Of a stretch of DNA of 64,000 nucleotides, positions 20,145-31,568 are shown in pieces. The position numbers and the translations under genes are program-made. Every line of letters begins with the position of its first letter. Position 1 is the first letter of the stretch. Under the pieces are notes generated by a model that did not search any database, had not been told where the DNA came from, and saw nothing but the letters and a program-made list of their open reading frames with translations. Origin of the DNA: an uncultured Pelagibacteraceae bacterium. GTDB taxonomy: Bacteria > Pseudomonadota > Alphaproteobacteria > Pelagibacterales > Pelagibacteraceae. The stretch is from positions 473 to 64,472 of the forward strand of contig CABXYU010000004.1 of NCBI GenBank assembly GCA_902516625.1. Reading direction: 5' to 3'.

Positions 20145-21032
20145 ATGATATCATTCAATAAATATTATAATCAATTTAATATACTTTCACTCACATTAGT
20201 ATTAGTTTCTCTTATTTTATTGTCATTTAAAGGTCTAAATTTTGGAATAGATTTTAAGGGTGGAACGTTAATTGAATTAAGGTCTAATGATAGCAAGATT
20301 AGCGTTACCTCTTTAAGAGATAATTTGGGCCAAATGGATTTAGGAGATATTTCGGTCAAAAATTTTGGAAATGAAAAAGACTATTTAATAAAATTTGAAA
20401 ATAGTAATAACAAAAATATTATTGAAGAAATAAAATCTAGTTTAGAAAACTCCTTTGGTAATAGTTTTGATTTTCGAAGGGTTGAAAATGTTGGACCCAA
20501 AGTCAGCGCTGAACTTCTAAAATCAGGAATTATAGCCATCTCAGTAGCTTTAATTTTAATGCTTATTTATATTTGGATAAGGTTCGAGTGGCAATTTAGT
20601 TTAGGTGCGATACTTGCTTTATTTCATGATGTCTTGGTAACATTAGGCTTATTTTCATTATTTAGCCTAGAAATAAATCTGTCAATTATAGCTGCTGTAC
20701 TAACTATTGTTGGTTATTCAATGAATGATACAGTTGTAATTTTTGATAGAGTAAGAGAAAATTTAAGAAAATATTCTGATATAAAGATTTATGAACTCAC
20801 CAATATTTCAATTAATGAAACTCTTTCAAGAACATTAATTACCTCAATAACTACCTTATTGGCTCTTTTATCCATCTTTTTCTTTGGCGGTGAAGTTTTA
20901 AAGGGTTTTTCACTAGCAATGATTTTTGGTGTTGTTTTTGGCACTTATTCATCAATTTATATTGCAAATACTGTTTTGGTTAGATTAAAAGTTTCTCAAA
21001 AAACTATCCTAAAAGACGATAGTAGCAGTTAG
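20145..21032 (+). CDS. secF: Protein translocase subunit SecF
   Basis: GIDFKGG, VGP, GYSMNDTVVIFDRVRE. Confidence 0.95.
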   Translation: MISFNKYYNQFNILSLTLVLVSLILLSFKGLNFGIDFKGGTLIELRSNDSKISVTSLRDNLGQMDLGDISVKNFGNEKDYLIKFENSNNKNIIEEIKSSLENSFGNSFDFRRVENVGPKVSAELLKSGIIAISVALILMLIYIWIRFEWQFSLGAILALFHDVLVTLGLFSLFSLEINLSIIAAVLTIVGYSMNDTVVIFDRVRENLRKYSDIKIYELTNISINETLSRTLITSITTLLALLSIFFFGGEVLKGFSLAMIFGVVFGTYSSIYIANTVLVRLKVSQKTILKDDSSS

Positions 21033-21652
21033 TATAAATTTTGGGCAGCTATCATTGAAAATAACATTGGTAAAGAAAATATTGTGTTTAATCTTGAAAA
21101 AATAATTACAGTTTTTGCTGACTTAGCCTTAGTTTCCAAATCACAGTCTATTATACCAAGTGCCCTTTTCTGATTTGGCCATATAATAAACCAAACATTA
21201 AATGCCATAATAATTCCTAACCACATTCCAATACCAATCGCGGTATGTTTTGGGATTCCTGATGTTACACTGAGTGTTAAAGCATCTTTTAAGTATCCAT
21301 TTAACACTGCTAGTATGAGACCTGATAATATTGTTAAGGCCGCAGCCCATCTAAAATAAAATAGAGCTGCTGGAGCAATAATCTTTCCTATAGCAGGTTT
21401 TTGTTCATCTGGAATTTTAGACATATTTGGTATTTGAACAAAATTAAAATACCACAATAATCCAATCCACATTATAGCTACTATAGCGTGAGCATATCTT
21501 GCTATGCCACTCCAAAAAAAATTATCAAAGTTAAATCCATTATTTAAATAAAAAAGTGATAAAAATAATATGATAGTTAAGGCTAATGATGCATGTACAG
21601 TTTTAGATAATGACGACAAAAATTCAAAAATTGAAGTTTGAAGATTTTTCAT
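21029..21652 (-). CDS. Urate hydroxylase PuuD-like membrane protein
   Basis: WIGLLWYFNFVQIP, FRWAA, NVWFIIWPNQK, SRLN..LPMLF. Confidence 0.7.
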   Translation of the reverse strand: MKNLQTSIFEFLSSLSKTVHASLALTIILFLSLFYLNNGFNFDNFFWSGIARYAHAIVAIMWIGLLWYFNFVQIPNMSKIPDEQKPAIGKIIAPAALFYFRWAAALTILSGLILAVLNGYLKDALTLSVTSGIPKHTAIGIGMWLGIIMAFNVWFIIWPNQKRALGIIDCDLETKAKSAKTVIIFSRLNTIFSLPMLFSMIAAQNLY

Positions 21653-21697
21653 TTATGAAAATTATACTCTAAAATATACATTATTTAACTTAAATAT

Positions 21698-24553
21698 TTA
21701 ATTTAAAAGTGGTTTCAAAAATTTTCCAGTATAACTAGAGCTTATTTTGCAAATTTCCTCTGGTTTTCCTTCAGCAATAATTTTACCGCCTTTCACTCCG
21801 CCTTCTGGACCCATATCTACAATGTAATCTGCAGTTTTAATTACATCTAAATTATGCTCAATTACAACTACTGTATTTCCTAAAGCAACAAAAGTATGAA
21901 GAATTTCAAGAAGTTTTTTTATATCATGTTGATGTAGACCAGTGGTTGGTTCATCTAAAATATACATTGTTCTTCCTGTTGATCTTTTAGATAATTCTTT
22001 TGCTAATTTTATCCTTTGAGCTTCTCCACCAGATAGTGTTGTAGCTTGTTGACCAATCTTAATATAACCTAAACCCACTTTTTTTAATGTTAATAATTTT
22101 GTTTTAATATTTGATATATTTTCAAAATATTCACAACCTTCATCAACAGTCATGTTTAAAACATCTGCTATACTTTTTTCTTTAAATTTGATTTCAAGCG
22201 TTTCTCTATTATACCTTGTACCTTTACATTCATCACACTGTATGTACACATCAGGTAAAAAATGCATCTCATATGTAATTACTCCATCACCTTCACAAGC
22301 CTCACATCTACCTCCTCTTACATTAAAAGAAAATCTACCAGGCTTATATCCTCTTGTTTTTGACTCTGGTAAACTTGTAAACCAATCTCTGATTGGTCCA
22401 AAGGCACCAGTGTAAGTAGCAGGATTAGATCTTGGAGTTCTTCCAATCGGTGATTGATCTATATCAATTATTTTATCAATTAGCTCAGTCCCCTTAAATC
22501 CTTTAAAGGGTTTTGGAATTTTTCTAGATTTATTATTATTTAAAGTTAAATTTAAAGCATTATAAAGTGTTTGTAAAACTAGAGTAGACTTTCCACTACC
22601 AGAAACACCTGTTACGCAAGTTAAACTTCCTAGAGGAATTTTTAAGTTTACGTTATTAAGATTGTTTCCCGTTGCTCCAGTGATTTCTAGAAATCTACCG
22701 TTTTTTGCTAATCTTCTTTTTGGAGGAACATTTATTTTAAGTTTATTCGAGAGATATTTACCGGTAATACTGTTTTCATTTTGGCTAATGTCTTTAAAAG
22801 TTCCTTGAGCAACCACTTTTCCACCATTGTTTCCAGCTTCAGGGCCAAGATCAATAATGTGATCTGCATTTTCCATTGTTTCAGTATCATGTTCTACAAC
22901 AATTACTGTATTACCCAAATCTCTTAATCTTTTTAATGCATTTATAAGTTTAACATTATCTTTTTGATGTAGGCCTATCGAAGGTTCATCTAACACATAA
23001 AGGACACCAGTTAATCCAGATCCAATTTGTGAGGCTAATCTAATTCTTTGTGCCTCACCTCCAGAAAGCGTTCCAGATTCTCTTGATAAAGTTAGATAGT
23101 CCAGTCCAACGTTTAATAAGAAATTTAATCTCTCATTAATTTCTTTTAAAATATGTTCGGCTATTTTAATCTGTTTTTTATCTAAATTATTTTTGAGATT
23201 ATCAAACCAATTAGCAGCATCTAAGATTGATTTTTCAGTTACCTCACTTATATGTAGACCATCAATTTTTACACATAAAGCCTCGTCTTTTAATCTATGT
23301 CCATTACAACGTTCACATTTTGTATCAGACTGATATTGAGCTATTTCTTCTCTTTTCCAGTCACTATCTGTCTCCAAATATCTTCTCTCAAGATTATTTA
23401 TAACTCCCTCAAAGGTTTTTTTATGGGAATATTTTTCGTAACCATCGTCGTAAGTAAATTTAATTTCTTCATCATCTGAACCAAAAAGAATTATATCTTT
23501 AATCTTTTTAGGAAGCTTTGACCATTTTTCTTCCAGAGAAAAGTTATAATGTTTTGCTAAAGACGATAATGTTTGAGCATAATATAATGTTGTAGTTTTA
23601 GCCCATGGCTCTATTGCTCCATCAATAATACTTTTTTTTTCATTTGGAACTACAAGGCTAGGGTCCACATTTAGCTTAATTCCTATACCTTCACATTCTT
23701 CACATGCTCCAAAAGGACTATTAAATGAGAATAATCTCGGTTCAATCTCCTCTATTGTGAACCCGCTTTCTGGGCAAGCAAATTTTGTAGAAAAAATTAA
23801 ATTTTCTGTTTTTCTAAATTTCTTTGGTAGGGTTTCGTCCTCATACTCAACAAATAATAATCCATTTGATAAATTTATTGAAGTTTCAATTCCTTCAGCC
23901 AATCTATTACCTAAGGATGAATTTAAAATAATTCTATCAACGAGAATAGAAATATCGTGCTTAACTTTTTTATTTAACTCAGGAACTTTTTCAATATCGT
24001 ATAAAATCTCATCAATTTTAATTTTTCTAAAACCTCTTTTTTTATAATTTAAAATTTCTTTTTTATATTCGCCTTTTCGGCCCCTCACTATAGGAGCATA
24101 AAGAAAAATTGTTGCTTTTTTAGGCAATTGTTTTATTTTATCTACAATTTGTGTCACAGTTTGAGACTCGATTGGTTTTCCAGTAAAGGGAGAGTAAGGA
24201 ATTCCTGCACGAGCAAAAAGTACACGCATGTAATCGTAAATTTCTGTTACTGTTGCAACAGTAGACCTTGGATTTTTTGAGGTATTTTTTTGTTCTATAG
24301 ATATTGCAGGACTTAAACCTTCAATTAAATCAACATTTGGTTTTTTCATTTTGTCAAGAAATTGTCTAGCATATGCGGATAGACTTTCCACATATCTTCT
24401 TTGCCCCTCTGCATAGACTGTATCAAAAGCTAAGGAGGATTTTCCAGACCCTGAAAGCCCAGTTATTACAACAAATTTATCTTTTGGTATCTCTAAAGAA
24501 ATATTCTTTAGATTATGTTCTTTCGCTCCCTTAATAAGTATCTTTTTCATCAT
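21698..24553 (-). CDS. uvrA: Excinuclease ABC subunit A
   Basis: Two ABC ATPase modules ([18 protein letters not shown]; LSGGEAQRI twice). Confidence 0.97.
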   Translation of the reverse strand: MMKKILIKGAKEHNLKNISLEIPKDKFVVITGLSGSGKSSLAFDTVYAEGQRRYVESLSAYARQFLDKMKKPNVDLIEGLSPAISIEQKNTSKNPRSTVATVTEIYDYMRVLFARAGIPYSPFTGKPIESQTVTQIVDKIKQLPKKATIFLYAPIVRGRKGEYKKEILNYKKRGFRKIKIDEILYDIEKVPELNKKVKHDISILVDRIILNSSLGNRLAEGIETSINLSNGLLFVEYEDETLPKKFRKTENLIFSTKFACPESGFTIEEIEPRLFSFNSPFGACEECEGIGIKLNVDPSLVVPNEKKSIIDGAIEPWAKTTTLYYAQTLSSLAKHYNFSLEEKWSKLPKKIKDIILFGSDDEEIKFTYDDGYEKYSHKKTFEGVINNLERRYLETDSDWKREEIAQYQSDTKCERCNGHRLKDEALCVKIDGLHISEVTEKSILDAANWFDNLKNNLDKKQIKIAEHILKEINERLNFLLNVGLDYLTLSRESGTLSGGEAQRIRLASQIGSGLTGVLYVLDEPSIGLHQKDNVKLINALKRLRDLGNTVIVVEHDTETMENADHIIDLGPEAGNNGGKVVAQGTFKDISQNENSITGKYLSNKLKINVPPKRRLAKNGRFLEITGATGNNLNNVNLKIPLGSLTCVTGVSGSGKSTLVLQTLYNALNLTLNNNKSRKIPKPFKGFKGTELIDKIIDIDQSPIGRTPRSNPATYTGAFGPIRDWFTSLPESKTRGYKPGRFSFNVRGGRCEACEGDGVITYEMHFLPDVYIQCDECKGTRYNRETLEIKFKEKSIADVLNMTVDEGCEYFENISNIKTKLLTLKKVGLGYIKIGQQATTLSGGEAQRIKLAKELSKRSTGRTMYILDEPTTGLHQHDIKKLLEILHTFVALGNTVVVIEHNLDVIKTADYIVDMGPEGGVKGGKIIAEGKPEEICKISSSYTGKFLKPLLN

Positions 24554-24642
24554 AATTTTTGTTGCTTTGAACTAATAAAATTATTATTCAGAGTAAATTG
24601 TGATATAATTTAAATTAATTAATTTAACAAATAATAAATATT

Positions 24643-25098
24643 ATGGCTGGAAGTTTAAATAAAGTACTTTTAATTGGTCGTTTAGGCGCAGACCCCGAAA
24701 TTAAACAGATGGTAAATGGCAAAAGTGTAGCAAGACTAAGTCTAGCAACAAGTCAATCCTGGAAAGATAAAAACACAGGTGAAAAAAAAGAAAAAACAGA
24801 GTGGCACCGTATAGTTGTATTTAACGAAGGTTTAGTAAATGTTGTTCAACAATATTTAAAGAAAGGAGCACAAATTTATGTAGAGGGGCAACTGACCACA
24901 AGAAAATGGAAAGACGAACAATCTGGTCAAGATAAATATTCAACAGAAATTGTAATACAAGGTTTTAATTCTTCACTCACCATGTTGGGCGGAGGAAGCT
25001 CGAGTGGTGGTATATCAAATGATATGAATCAATCTTCAAAAAATAATGAAGAGACGTCTCAAATATCAAATGATATGGATGATGAAATTCCGTTTTAA
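24643..25098 (+). CDS. ssb: Single-stranded DNA-binding protein
   Basis: [14 protein letters not shown]; C-terminal DDEIPF. Confidence 0.96.
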   Translation: MAGSLNKVLLIGRLGADPEIKQMVNGKSVARLSLATSQSWKDKNTGEKKEKTEWHRIVVFNEGLVNVVQQYLKKGAQIYVEGQLTTRKWKDEQSGQDKYSTEIVIQGFNSSLTMLGGGSSSGGISNDMNQSSKNNEETSQISNDMDDEIPF

Positions 25099-25103
25099 AA
25101 TCT

Positions 25104-27677
25104 ATGCAAAAAAATCAAGTTTCAGAAAATAAAAAAATCAAATCAATATCAATGCATGATGAGATGAGTTCATCTTATCTTTCTTATGCAATGAGTGTAA
25201 TAGTAAGTAGGGCACTTCCAGATATAAGAGATGGCTTAAAACCTGTACATAGAAGAATTTTATACGCAATGTATAAAGGTGGCTATGACTGGTCTAAACA
25301 ATTTAGAAAATCAGCGAGAATAGTTGGTGATGTAATAGGTAAATACCATCCTCATGGAGATCAATCTGTTTATGATGCTCTGGTTCGTATGGTTCAAGAT
25401 TTTTCAATGAGCTTACCTTTGATAGAAGGCCAAGGAAATTTTGGTTCTATTGACGGAGATCCGGCGGCTGCAATGAGATATACAGAGACAAGATTATCAA
25501 AAGTATCTCAATTTTTAATTGATGATATAGACAAGAATACGATAATTTTTAAAAGCAATTATGATGAAACAGAAAAAGAACCTACAGTTCTTCCAGCTCA
25601 ATTTCCAAATTTATTAGTTAATGGTGCTGGAGGTATAGCAGTTGGTATGGCAACAAGTATTCCCCCACATAATCTTGGTGAAGTTATTGATGGCACTTTA
25701 GCATTAATAGAAAATAAAGATATTACAGTAAAACAATTAATGAAATATATTCCAGGACCAGATTTTCCAACTGGAGGAATAATAATAGGCAAAGATATAA
25801 TTAAAGAGGGATACACAAAAGGTAGAGGATCTTTCAAAATAAGAGGGAAAATTTCAATTGAACAAATAAAAGGTGGAAGAGAAAGATTGGTAATTACTTC
25901 TATTCCTTATCAAGTAAATAAATCTGTTTTAAATGAAAGGATTGCTCAATTAGTAAGAGAAAAAAAAATAGAGGGAATTAGAGATATAAGAGATGAATCA
26001 AATAGAGAAGGTATTAGGGTATCAATAGATTTAAGAAATGGAGTTGAACCTGAAACAGTAAAGAGACAACTATATAAGAATACTCAAATTGAAAGTTCTT
26101 TTGGCTTTAACACACTAGCTATAGTTGATGGAAAACCTGATACTTGTGATCTCAAAAAATTTTTAACAAATTTTTTATCTTTTAGAGAAGATGTCGTTAT
26201 AAAAAAAACAAAATTTGATTTACAAAAAGCAGAGGATAGAGCTCATATACTTATTGGTCTTTCAGTCTCAGTTGAGAATTTAGATAAGATCATAAAGATT
26301 ATAAGAAGCTCAAAAAATCCTGACGATGCGAAGAAATCGATACTTAAAACTAAATGGAAAATTAATAAATCTCAAAAACTAATTTTATTAGTAGAAAATA
26401 AAAGATCAAAAGGCATGTATTCTCTTTCAGAGGAACAAGTAAATGCTATTCTAGAATTAAAATTACAAAAGTTAACTGCATTAGGAATAAATGAAATTGA
26501 AGTAGAGATTAAAAAATTAGCCGAGTTAATAGTCAGATTTAAAAAAATTATTTCTTCAAAAAAAGAATTACAAAAAGTAATAAGTGAAGAACTAAGAATT
26601 ATAAAAGAAAAATATTCAGTTAAAAGAAGAACTGATATCATAGATGCTGTATTAAATTATGATATTGAAGAAACTATACAGAAACAATCGGCCCTTATAA
26701 CTGTTACTCTTCAAGGTTATATCAAGAGAGGCTCATTAAATAGTGTTAAAACACAAAAGAGAGGCGGAAAAGGTAAAACAGGTATCACAACAAGAAATGA
26801 AGATTCTGTAGTCCAGACACTATCTGTTAATACACATACGTCTGTGTTGTTTTTTTCAACTGAAGGACTTGTCTACAGAATTAAAGCTTGGAAAATACCA
26901 GAAGGATCCGCCTCGTCAAAAGGAAAATCTTTATTTAATATACTTCCTCTTAAAAATCATCAATCTATAAGTTCCATAATGCCTTTTCCAGAAGATGAAT
27001 TAAAAGATTATCAGATAGTTTTTGCTACAGCACAAGGAAAAATTAGAAAGAACAATTTAGAAGATTTTTCATCAATCAATTCTGCGGGAAAAATAGCAAT
27101 GAAGTTAGATACAAATGATAAAATTGTTGGTGTGAAAATTTGTAAAAATAATCAAGACATAATGTTAAGTACTAAATTAGGGAAATGTATTAGATTTGAG
27201 TCAAACAAGTTAAGAGTTTTCAAAGGAAGATCTTCAAAGGGTATTAAGGGCATAGTTTTAGCACAAAATGATCAAATCGTATCATTATCTATTATTGATA
27301 ATGATAAATCTTCTAAAAACGGAAAGAAATCAAATGATGAAAAATCAGAAATAAAAGCAAAAGAGAAATTTATTTTATCTATAACAGAAAATGGTTATGG
27401 AAAAAAAACATCACACACAGATTATAGAGTTACTAACAGAGGTGGAAAAGGTATAATAGGGATAATTAATTCTCCAAGAAATGGCAATATATCATCTTCT
27501 TTCCCAGTTTTTGAAGGCGATGAAATTTTAATTTCGACAGATAAAGGTAGAGTTATAAGAGTTGCTGTTAAGGAAATAAGAACAGCAGGAAGAAATACTC
27601 AAGGAGTTAGAATTATTAAATTATCAGGAGATGAAAAAGTTGTTTCAGCCGATAAAATTGATGATAACCTAGTTTAA
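25104..27677 (+). CDS. gyrA: DNA gyrase subunit A
   Basis: YHPHGD, AAMRY, GyrA-box QKRGGKG. Confidence 0.96.
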   Translation: MQKNQVSENKKIKSISMHDEMSSSYLSYAMSVIVSRALPDIRDGLKPVHRRILYAMYKGGYDWSKQFRKSARIVGDVIGKYHPHGDQSVYDALVRMVQDFSMSLPLIEGQGNFGSIDGDPAAAMRYTETRLSKVSQFLIDDIDKNTIIFKSNYDETEKEPTVLPAQFPNLLVNGAGGIAVGMATSIPPHNLGEVIDGTLALIENKDITVKQLMKYIPGPDFPTGGIIIGKDIIKEGYTKGRGSFKIRGKISIEQIKGGRERLVITSIPYQVNKSVLNERIAQLVREKKIEGIRDIRDESNREGIRVSIDLRNGVEPETVKRQLYKNTQIESSFGFNTLAIVDGKPDTCDLKKFLTNFLSFREDVVIKKTKFDLQKAEDRAHILIGLSVSVENLDKIIKIIRSSKNPDDAKKSILKTKWKINKSQKLILLVENKRSKGMYSLSEEQVNAILELKLQKLTALGINEIEVEIKKLAELIVRFKKIISSKKELQKVISEELRIIKEKYSVKRRTDIIDAVLNYDIEETIQKQSALITVTLQGYIKRGSLNSVKTQKRGGKGKTGITTRNEDSVVQTLSVNTHTSVLFFSTEGLVYRIKAWKIPEGSASSKGKSLFNILPLKNHQSISSIMPFPEDELKDYQIVFATAQGKIRKNNLEDFSSINSAGKIAMKLDTNDKIVGVKICKNNQDIMLSTKLGKCIRFESNKLRVFKGRSSKGIKGIVLAQNDQIVSLSIIDNDKSSKNGKKSNDEKSEIKAKEKFILSITENGYGKKTSHTDYRVTNRGGKGIIGIINSPRNGNISSSFPVFEGDEILISTDKGRVIRVAVKEIRTAGRNTQGVRIIKLSGDEKVVSADKIDDNLV

Positions 27678-28171
27678 TGACTAAAATAGCTATTTATCCT
27701 GGAACTTTTGATCCTATTACCTTTGGTCATATAGATGTTATTAAAAAAGGATTAAAATTATTTAATAAAATTATAGTTGCCGTATCAGATGTCGACAATA
27801 AGAATTATTTATTTGATTCTTACGAAAGAATTGAAATAGTAAAAAAAGCTTTATTTTCAGACTTAAAATTTAATAAAAATAGAATCACTGTTATATCTTT
27901 TTCAATATTAACTACTAATTTGTGTAAAAAATATAAATCAAATTTTATATTAAGAGGATTAAGAGCAGTTTCGGATTTTGAATACGAATTTCAGTTAGCC
28001 GGTATGAATAGAAAATTGAACAATAATATAGAGACAATCTTTTTAATGTCTGATGTTGAAAATCAAATTATTTCATCTAAATTTGTAAAAGAAATAATTA
28101 AATTAAAAGGAGATATAAAAAAATTTACCACAAAAAGTACAATCAAATTGTTGAAAAAAAAATATGAATAA
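27677..28171 (+). CDS. coaD: Phosphopantetheine adenylyltransferase
   Basis: YPGTFDPITFGH, RGLRAVSDFEYE. Confidence 0.95.
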   Translation: MTKIAIYPGTFDPITFGHIDVIKKGLKLFNKIIVAVSDVDNKNYLFDSYERIEIVKKALFSDLKFNKNRITVISFSILTTNLCKKYKSNFILRGLRAVSDFEYEFQLAGMNRKLNNNIETIFLMSDVENQIISSKFVKEIIKLKGDIKKFTTKSTIKLLKKKYE

Positions 28172-28724
28172 ATTTTTAACTAAGATATTAATTTTATTAT
28201 TTTTAACAATCAATCAATCAATTTCGGAGGAAAATATAATGATTTTAAAATTAAAAGATGGTGTAGTAAAGATAGAGTTATTTGAAGATACTGCTCCAAA
28301 TCATGTGAAAAGAATTAAAGAATTAGCTAATTCTGGAAAATATGACAATGTTGTTTTTCACAGAGTAATAGATGGTTTTATGGCTCAAACCGGTGATGTA
28401 AAATTTGGTAATTCAAACAATAAAGATTTTGATTTAAATAGAGCAGGGATGGGTGGTTCAGATTTACCTGATTTAAAACAGGAGTTTAATAGTTTACCGC
28501 ACGAAAGAGGAACCTTATCAATGGCTAGGTCTTCGGATCCTAATAGTGCTAATAGTCAATTTTTTATTTGTTTCAAAGCAGCACCTTTTCTTGATAGGCA
28601 GTATACCGTTTTTGGAAAAGTAATTGAGGGAATGGAAAATGTTGATAAAATTAAAAGAGGTGATGAAAATAATAATGGTTCAGTTAGTGATCCTGATAAG
28701 ATAATTAGTTTTAAATCTTTATAA
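28164..28724 (+). CDS. Cyclophilin-type peptidyl-prolyl isomerase
   Basis: FHRVIDGFMAQTG, SMAR, SQFFI, YTVFG; N-terminal signal-like sequence. Confidence 0.92.
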   Translation: MNKFLTKILILLFLTINQSISEENIMILKLKDGVVKIELFEDTAPNHVKRIKELANSGKYDNVVFHRVIDGFMAQTGDVKFGNSNNKDFDLNRAGMGGSDLPDLKQEFNSLPHERGTLSMARSSDPNSANSQFFICFKAAPFLDRQYTVFGKVIEGMENVDKIKRGDENNNGSVSDPDKIISFKSL

Positions 28725-28731
28725 GCTTAAA

Positions 28732-29844
28732 TTGAAATTGAAAAAATTTGAATTTAAAATTTTATGTAAAGACAAATATTCAAGATGTGGTGTAATTGAA
28801 ACACAAAGAGGAACTATAAATACCCCAGCTTTTATGCCAGTGGGAACACAGGCTACTGTAAAAGCTTGCACAATAAACGATATAAAAAAAACAGGCTCAG
28901 AAATAATTCTAGGTAATACTTATCACTTGATGATACGTCCTGGAGTAGAGAGAATTCAAAGAGTTGGTGGTTTACATGAATTTATGAATTGTGATTTACC
29001 AATTTTAACAGACTCTGGAGGTTTTCAAGTAATGTCTTTATCTAAATTGAATAGAATTGATCGTGAGAAAGGTGCAATCTTTAATTCTCATGTTGATGGA
29101 AAAAAATTTTATCTAAGCCCAGAAGAAAGTATAAAAATTCAATTAGGTTTAAACTCAGATATAGTCATGATAATGGATGAGTGCCCAAAAAAAACAAATG
29201 ATTATGATTTGATAAAAAATTCTATGAATTTATCATTATATTGGGCAAAAAGATCAAAACAAGCATTTGGAAAAAATCCACATAAAGCTCTTTTTGGTAT
29301 TATTCAAGGAGGATTGTTCAAAGATTTAAGAATAAAATCTTTGAAAGAACTATTAAAAATAGATTTCGATGGATATGCAGTTGGTGGTTTAGCTGTTGGG
29401 GAAAGTCAAAATCAAATGTTTTCAGTTTTAGATGATCTAAAAGATCAGATGCCATTAGAAAAACCTCATTATTTGATGGGTGTGGGCACACCATCAGATA
29501 TATTAGGAGCAGTAAAAAGAGGCATTGATATGTTTGACTGCGTTCTTCCAACTAGATCTGGTAGAACAGGTCTAGCTTTTACATGGCAAGGTAGAGTAAA
29601 TATTAAAAATAATAAATATCAAAATGATGACGAGCCTTTAGATAAGGAATGTAAAAATCTGGATCTAAATAAATACTCTAAAAATTATCTCAATCATTTA
29701 TTCAATACTAACGAAATTTTAGGATCAATGCTTTTAACACTACATAATATCAATTTTTACCAAGAACTAATGGCTGCTATTAGGAAAAATATAAGTAAAG
29801 GTACATTTGATGAATTTCATAATAAATACATAGATAAGTTGTAA
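28732..29844 (+). CDS. tgt: tRNA-guanine(34) transglycosylase
   Basis: TPAFMPVGT, TDSGGFQ, GGLAVGE, DMFDCVLPTR; TTG start. Confidence 0.94.
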   Translation: MKLKKFEFKILCKDKYSRCGVIETQRGTINTPAFMPVGTQATVKACTINDIKKTGSEIILGNTYHLMIRPGVERIQRVGGLHEFMNCDLPILTDSGGFQVMSLSKLNRIDREKGAIFNSHVDGKKFYLSPEESIKIQLGLNSDIVMIMDECPKKTNDYDLIKNSMNLSLYWAKRSKQAFGKNPHKALFGIIQGGLFKDLRIKSLKELLKIDFDGYAVGGLAVGESQNQMFSVLDDLKDQMPLEKPHYLMGVGTPSDILGAVKRGIDMFDCVLPTRSGRTGLAFTWQGRVNIKNNKYQNDDEPLDKECKNLDLNKYSKNYLNHLFNTNEILGSMLLTLHNINFYQELMAAIRKNISKGTFDEFHNKYIDKL

Positions 29845-29926
29845 ATGAGAAACTATTTGTCTCATAAATTCCTGTTTGAATTATTAAAATAATTCTGTAT
29901 ACACAAATAAATTTAGTATTAAATTT

Positions 29927-30002
<76 letters not shown>

Positions 30003-30010
30003 CTAAATTT

Positions 30011-30838
30011 TTAAGAAATTTTAATTGGTGGGTATTGCATCAATATATCGTTAGTCCACTTTCTTATATTTTTCATTCTATTTTCTGCCGAAGGATGAGT
30101 GCTCATAAATTCTGGTGGGGCTTTACCTTTATTATATTCACTCATCCTCATCCAAATTTTTTCGGTTTCTAAAATATTAAAACCAGAAAGAGAAGAAAAA
30201 ATCATACCCAAATAATCTGCTTCACTTTCTTGTTTTCTACTAAAAGGATTCATAATACCCAGTTGAGTTAAAAGCCCTACAGTATTCATTCCAGTTGTTC
30301 TATTTACTTGTGAAAGTTTTCCTCCACTTAAAATATCAACTAGTTGAGTGCCTGTATTTATCAATGTACTTCTACTTGCACGTTCGACAGAATGTTTGGC
30401 GACTGCATGTGCTATTTCATGCCCCATAACAGCTGCAAGTCCATGGGTATTTTTTGTTATATCAAACATTCCAGTATAAACAGCAATTTTACCACCAGGC
30501 ATGCACCAAGCATTTCTCACTTTTTTATTTTCAATTAATATATATTCCCAATCAAAGTTAGCTGTTGGATCATCAAGCTTAGCATTATAAAAATATTGAC
30601 CTATAGAATTTTCCATCTTTTTTCCAATATCTATAATTTCTTGAAGTTTTTTTGTATCTTTACTTAACTTTTCTTTTTCTTTTATTTTTTCAAAAATTCT
30701 AGCTGCATCAGCATTTAATTTTGATTCTGGAAATAATTTAAGTTGTTTTCTCTGAGTAATAGGAGCAGTTGTGCATGAATTTAATACCAAACCACAACAA
30801 CTACAACCTACATAAGATAAAAATTTTCTTCTATTCAT
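30011..30838 (-). CDS. M48-family zinc metallopeptidase, Tat-type signal, probable lipoprotein
   Basis: MNRRKFL, NAWCMPGG, HEIAH, ESEAD, STHP. Confidence 0.88.
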   Translation of the reverse strand: MNRRKFLSYVGCSCCGLVLNSCTTAPITQRKQLKLFPESKLNADAARIFEKIKEKEKLSKDTKKLQEIIDIGKKMENSIGQYFYNAKLDDPTANFDWEYILIENKKVRNAWCMPGGKIAVYTGMFDITKNTHGLAAVMGHEIAHAVAKHSVERASRSTLINTGTQLVDILSGGKLSQVNRTTGMNTVGLLTQLGIMNPFSRKQESEADYLGMIFSSLSGFNILETEKIWMRMSEYNKGKAPPEFMSTHPSAENRMKNIRKWTNDILMQYPPIKIS

Positions 30839-30950
30839 TTTACTATAAGATTGATAAAGTATTTTAATATGAATCTAAATAATAAAATTTTATTATTCCT
30901 TTTCATAATAGCTATTTTTTTTGTAATATACTCAAGTTTTAAGTAAAATT

Positions 30951-31568
30951 ATGGCTAAAAATATAAAAAAAAAATCACTTACTGCAATTTTAAGAAATTA
31001 CTTCATAACAGGAGTTGTAGTATTGATACCAATTGGTTTTACATTATATTTAACTAAATTTATAATTGGTATTTCATCTGGTATAATTCCACAAAATATA
31101 AATCCAAATAATTATTTACCTTACGCAATACCAGGGATAGAAATTTTAATTTCAGTTTTTTTTATTACAATTGTTGGTGGACTTTCACTTTCATTTTTAG
31201 GAAAAAGAATTTTAAGATTAATTGATGATTTGTTTAAAAGAATTCCTTTTTTAAGAACAATTTATTCAGCAATTCTTCAAATGACTGAGTCATTTTCAAA
31301 TAAAGATAATGACAAAAAAAGTGTTGTCCTGGTGGAATACCCAAGAAAAGGTGTTTGGGCAGTTGGTTTTGCTACAAAAGAAAATAAAGGTGAAATGGCA
31401 AAAAAAACTAATCAAAAACTTATAAATGTTTTTGTTCCAACAACACCTAATCCAACTAGCGGTTTTTTATTAATGTTTCCAATAAATGAAGTTATTCATC
31501 TTAACATGTCTTTTGAAGAAGCTTCTAAATTTATTGTTTCAGCGGGAACATCAGCTGAAAAAAATTAA
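30951..31568 (+). CDS. DUF502-family membrane protein
   Basis: VLVEYPR, VFVPTTPNPTSG. Confidence 0.85.
   Translation: MAKNIKKKSLTAILRNYFITGVVVLIPIGFTLYLTKFIIGISSGIIPQNINPNNYLPYAIPGIEILISVFFITIVGGLSLSFLGKRILRLIDDLFKRIPFLRTIYSAILQMTESFSNKDNDKKSVVLVEYPRKGVWAVGFATKENKGEMAKKTNQKLINVFVPTTPNPTSGFLLMFPINEVIHLNMSFEEASKFIVSAGTSAEKN

Noticed and set aside
23750-24210. UvrA with Cys-depleted zinc motifs (PYSPFTG, CPESG)
   Set aside because: This pattern is usual in alphaproteobacterial UvrA
24554-24642. LexA box expected between uvrA and ssb
   Set aside because: No GTTC-N7-GTTC or GAAC-N7-GAAC found; only one isolated GAAC
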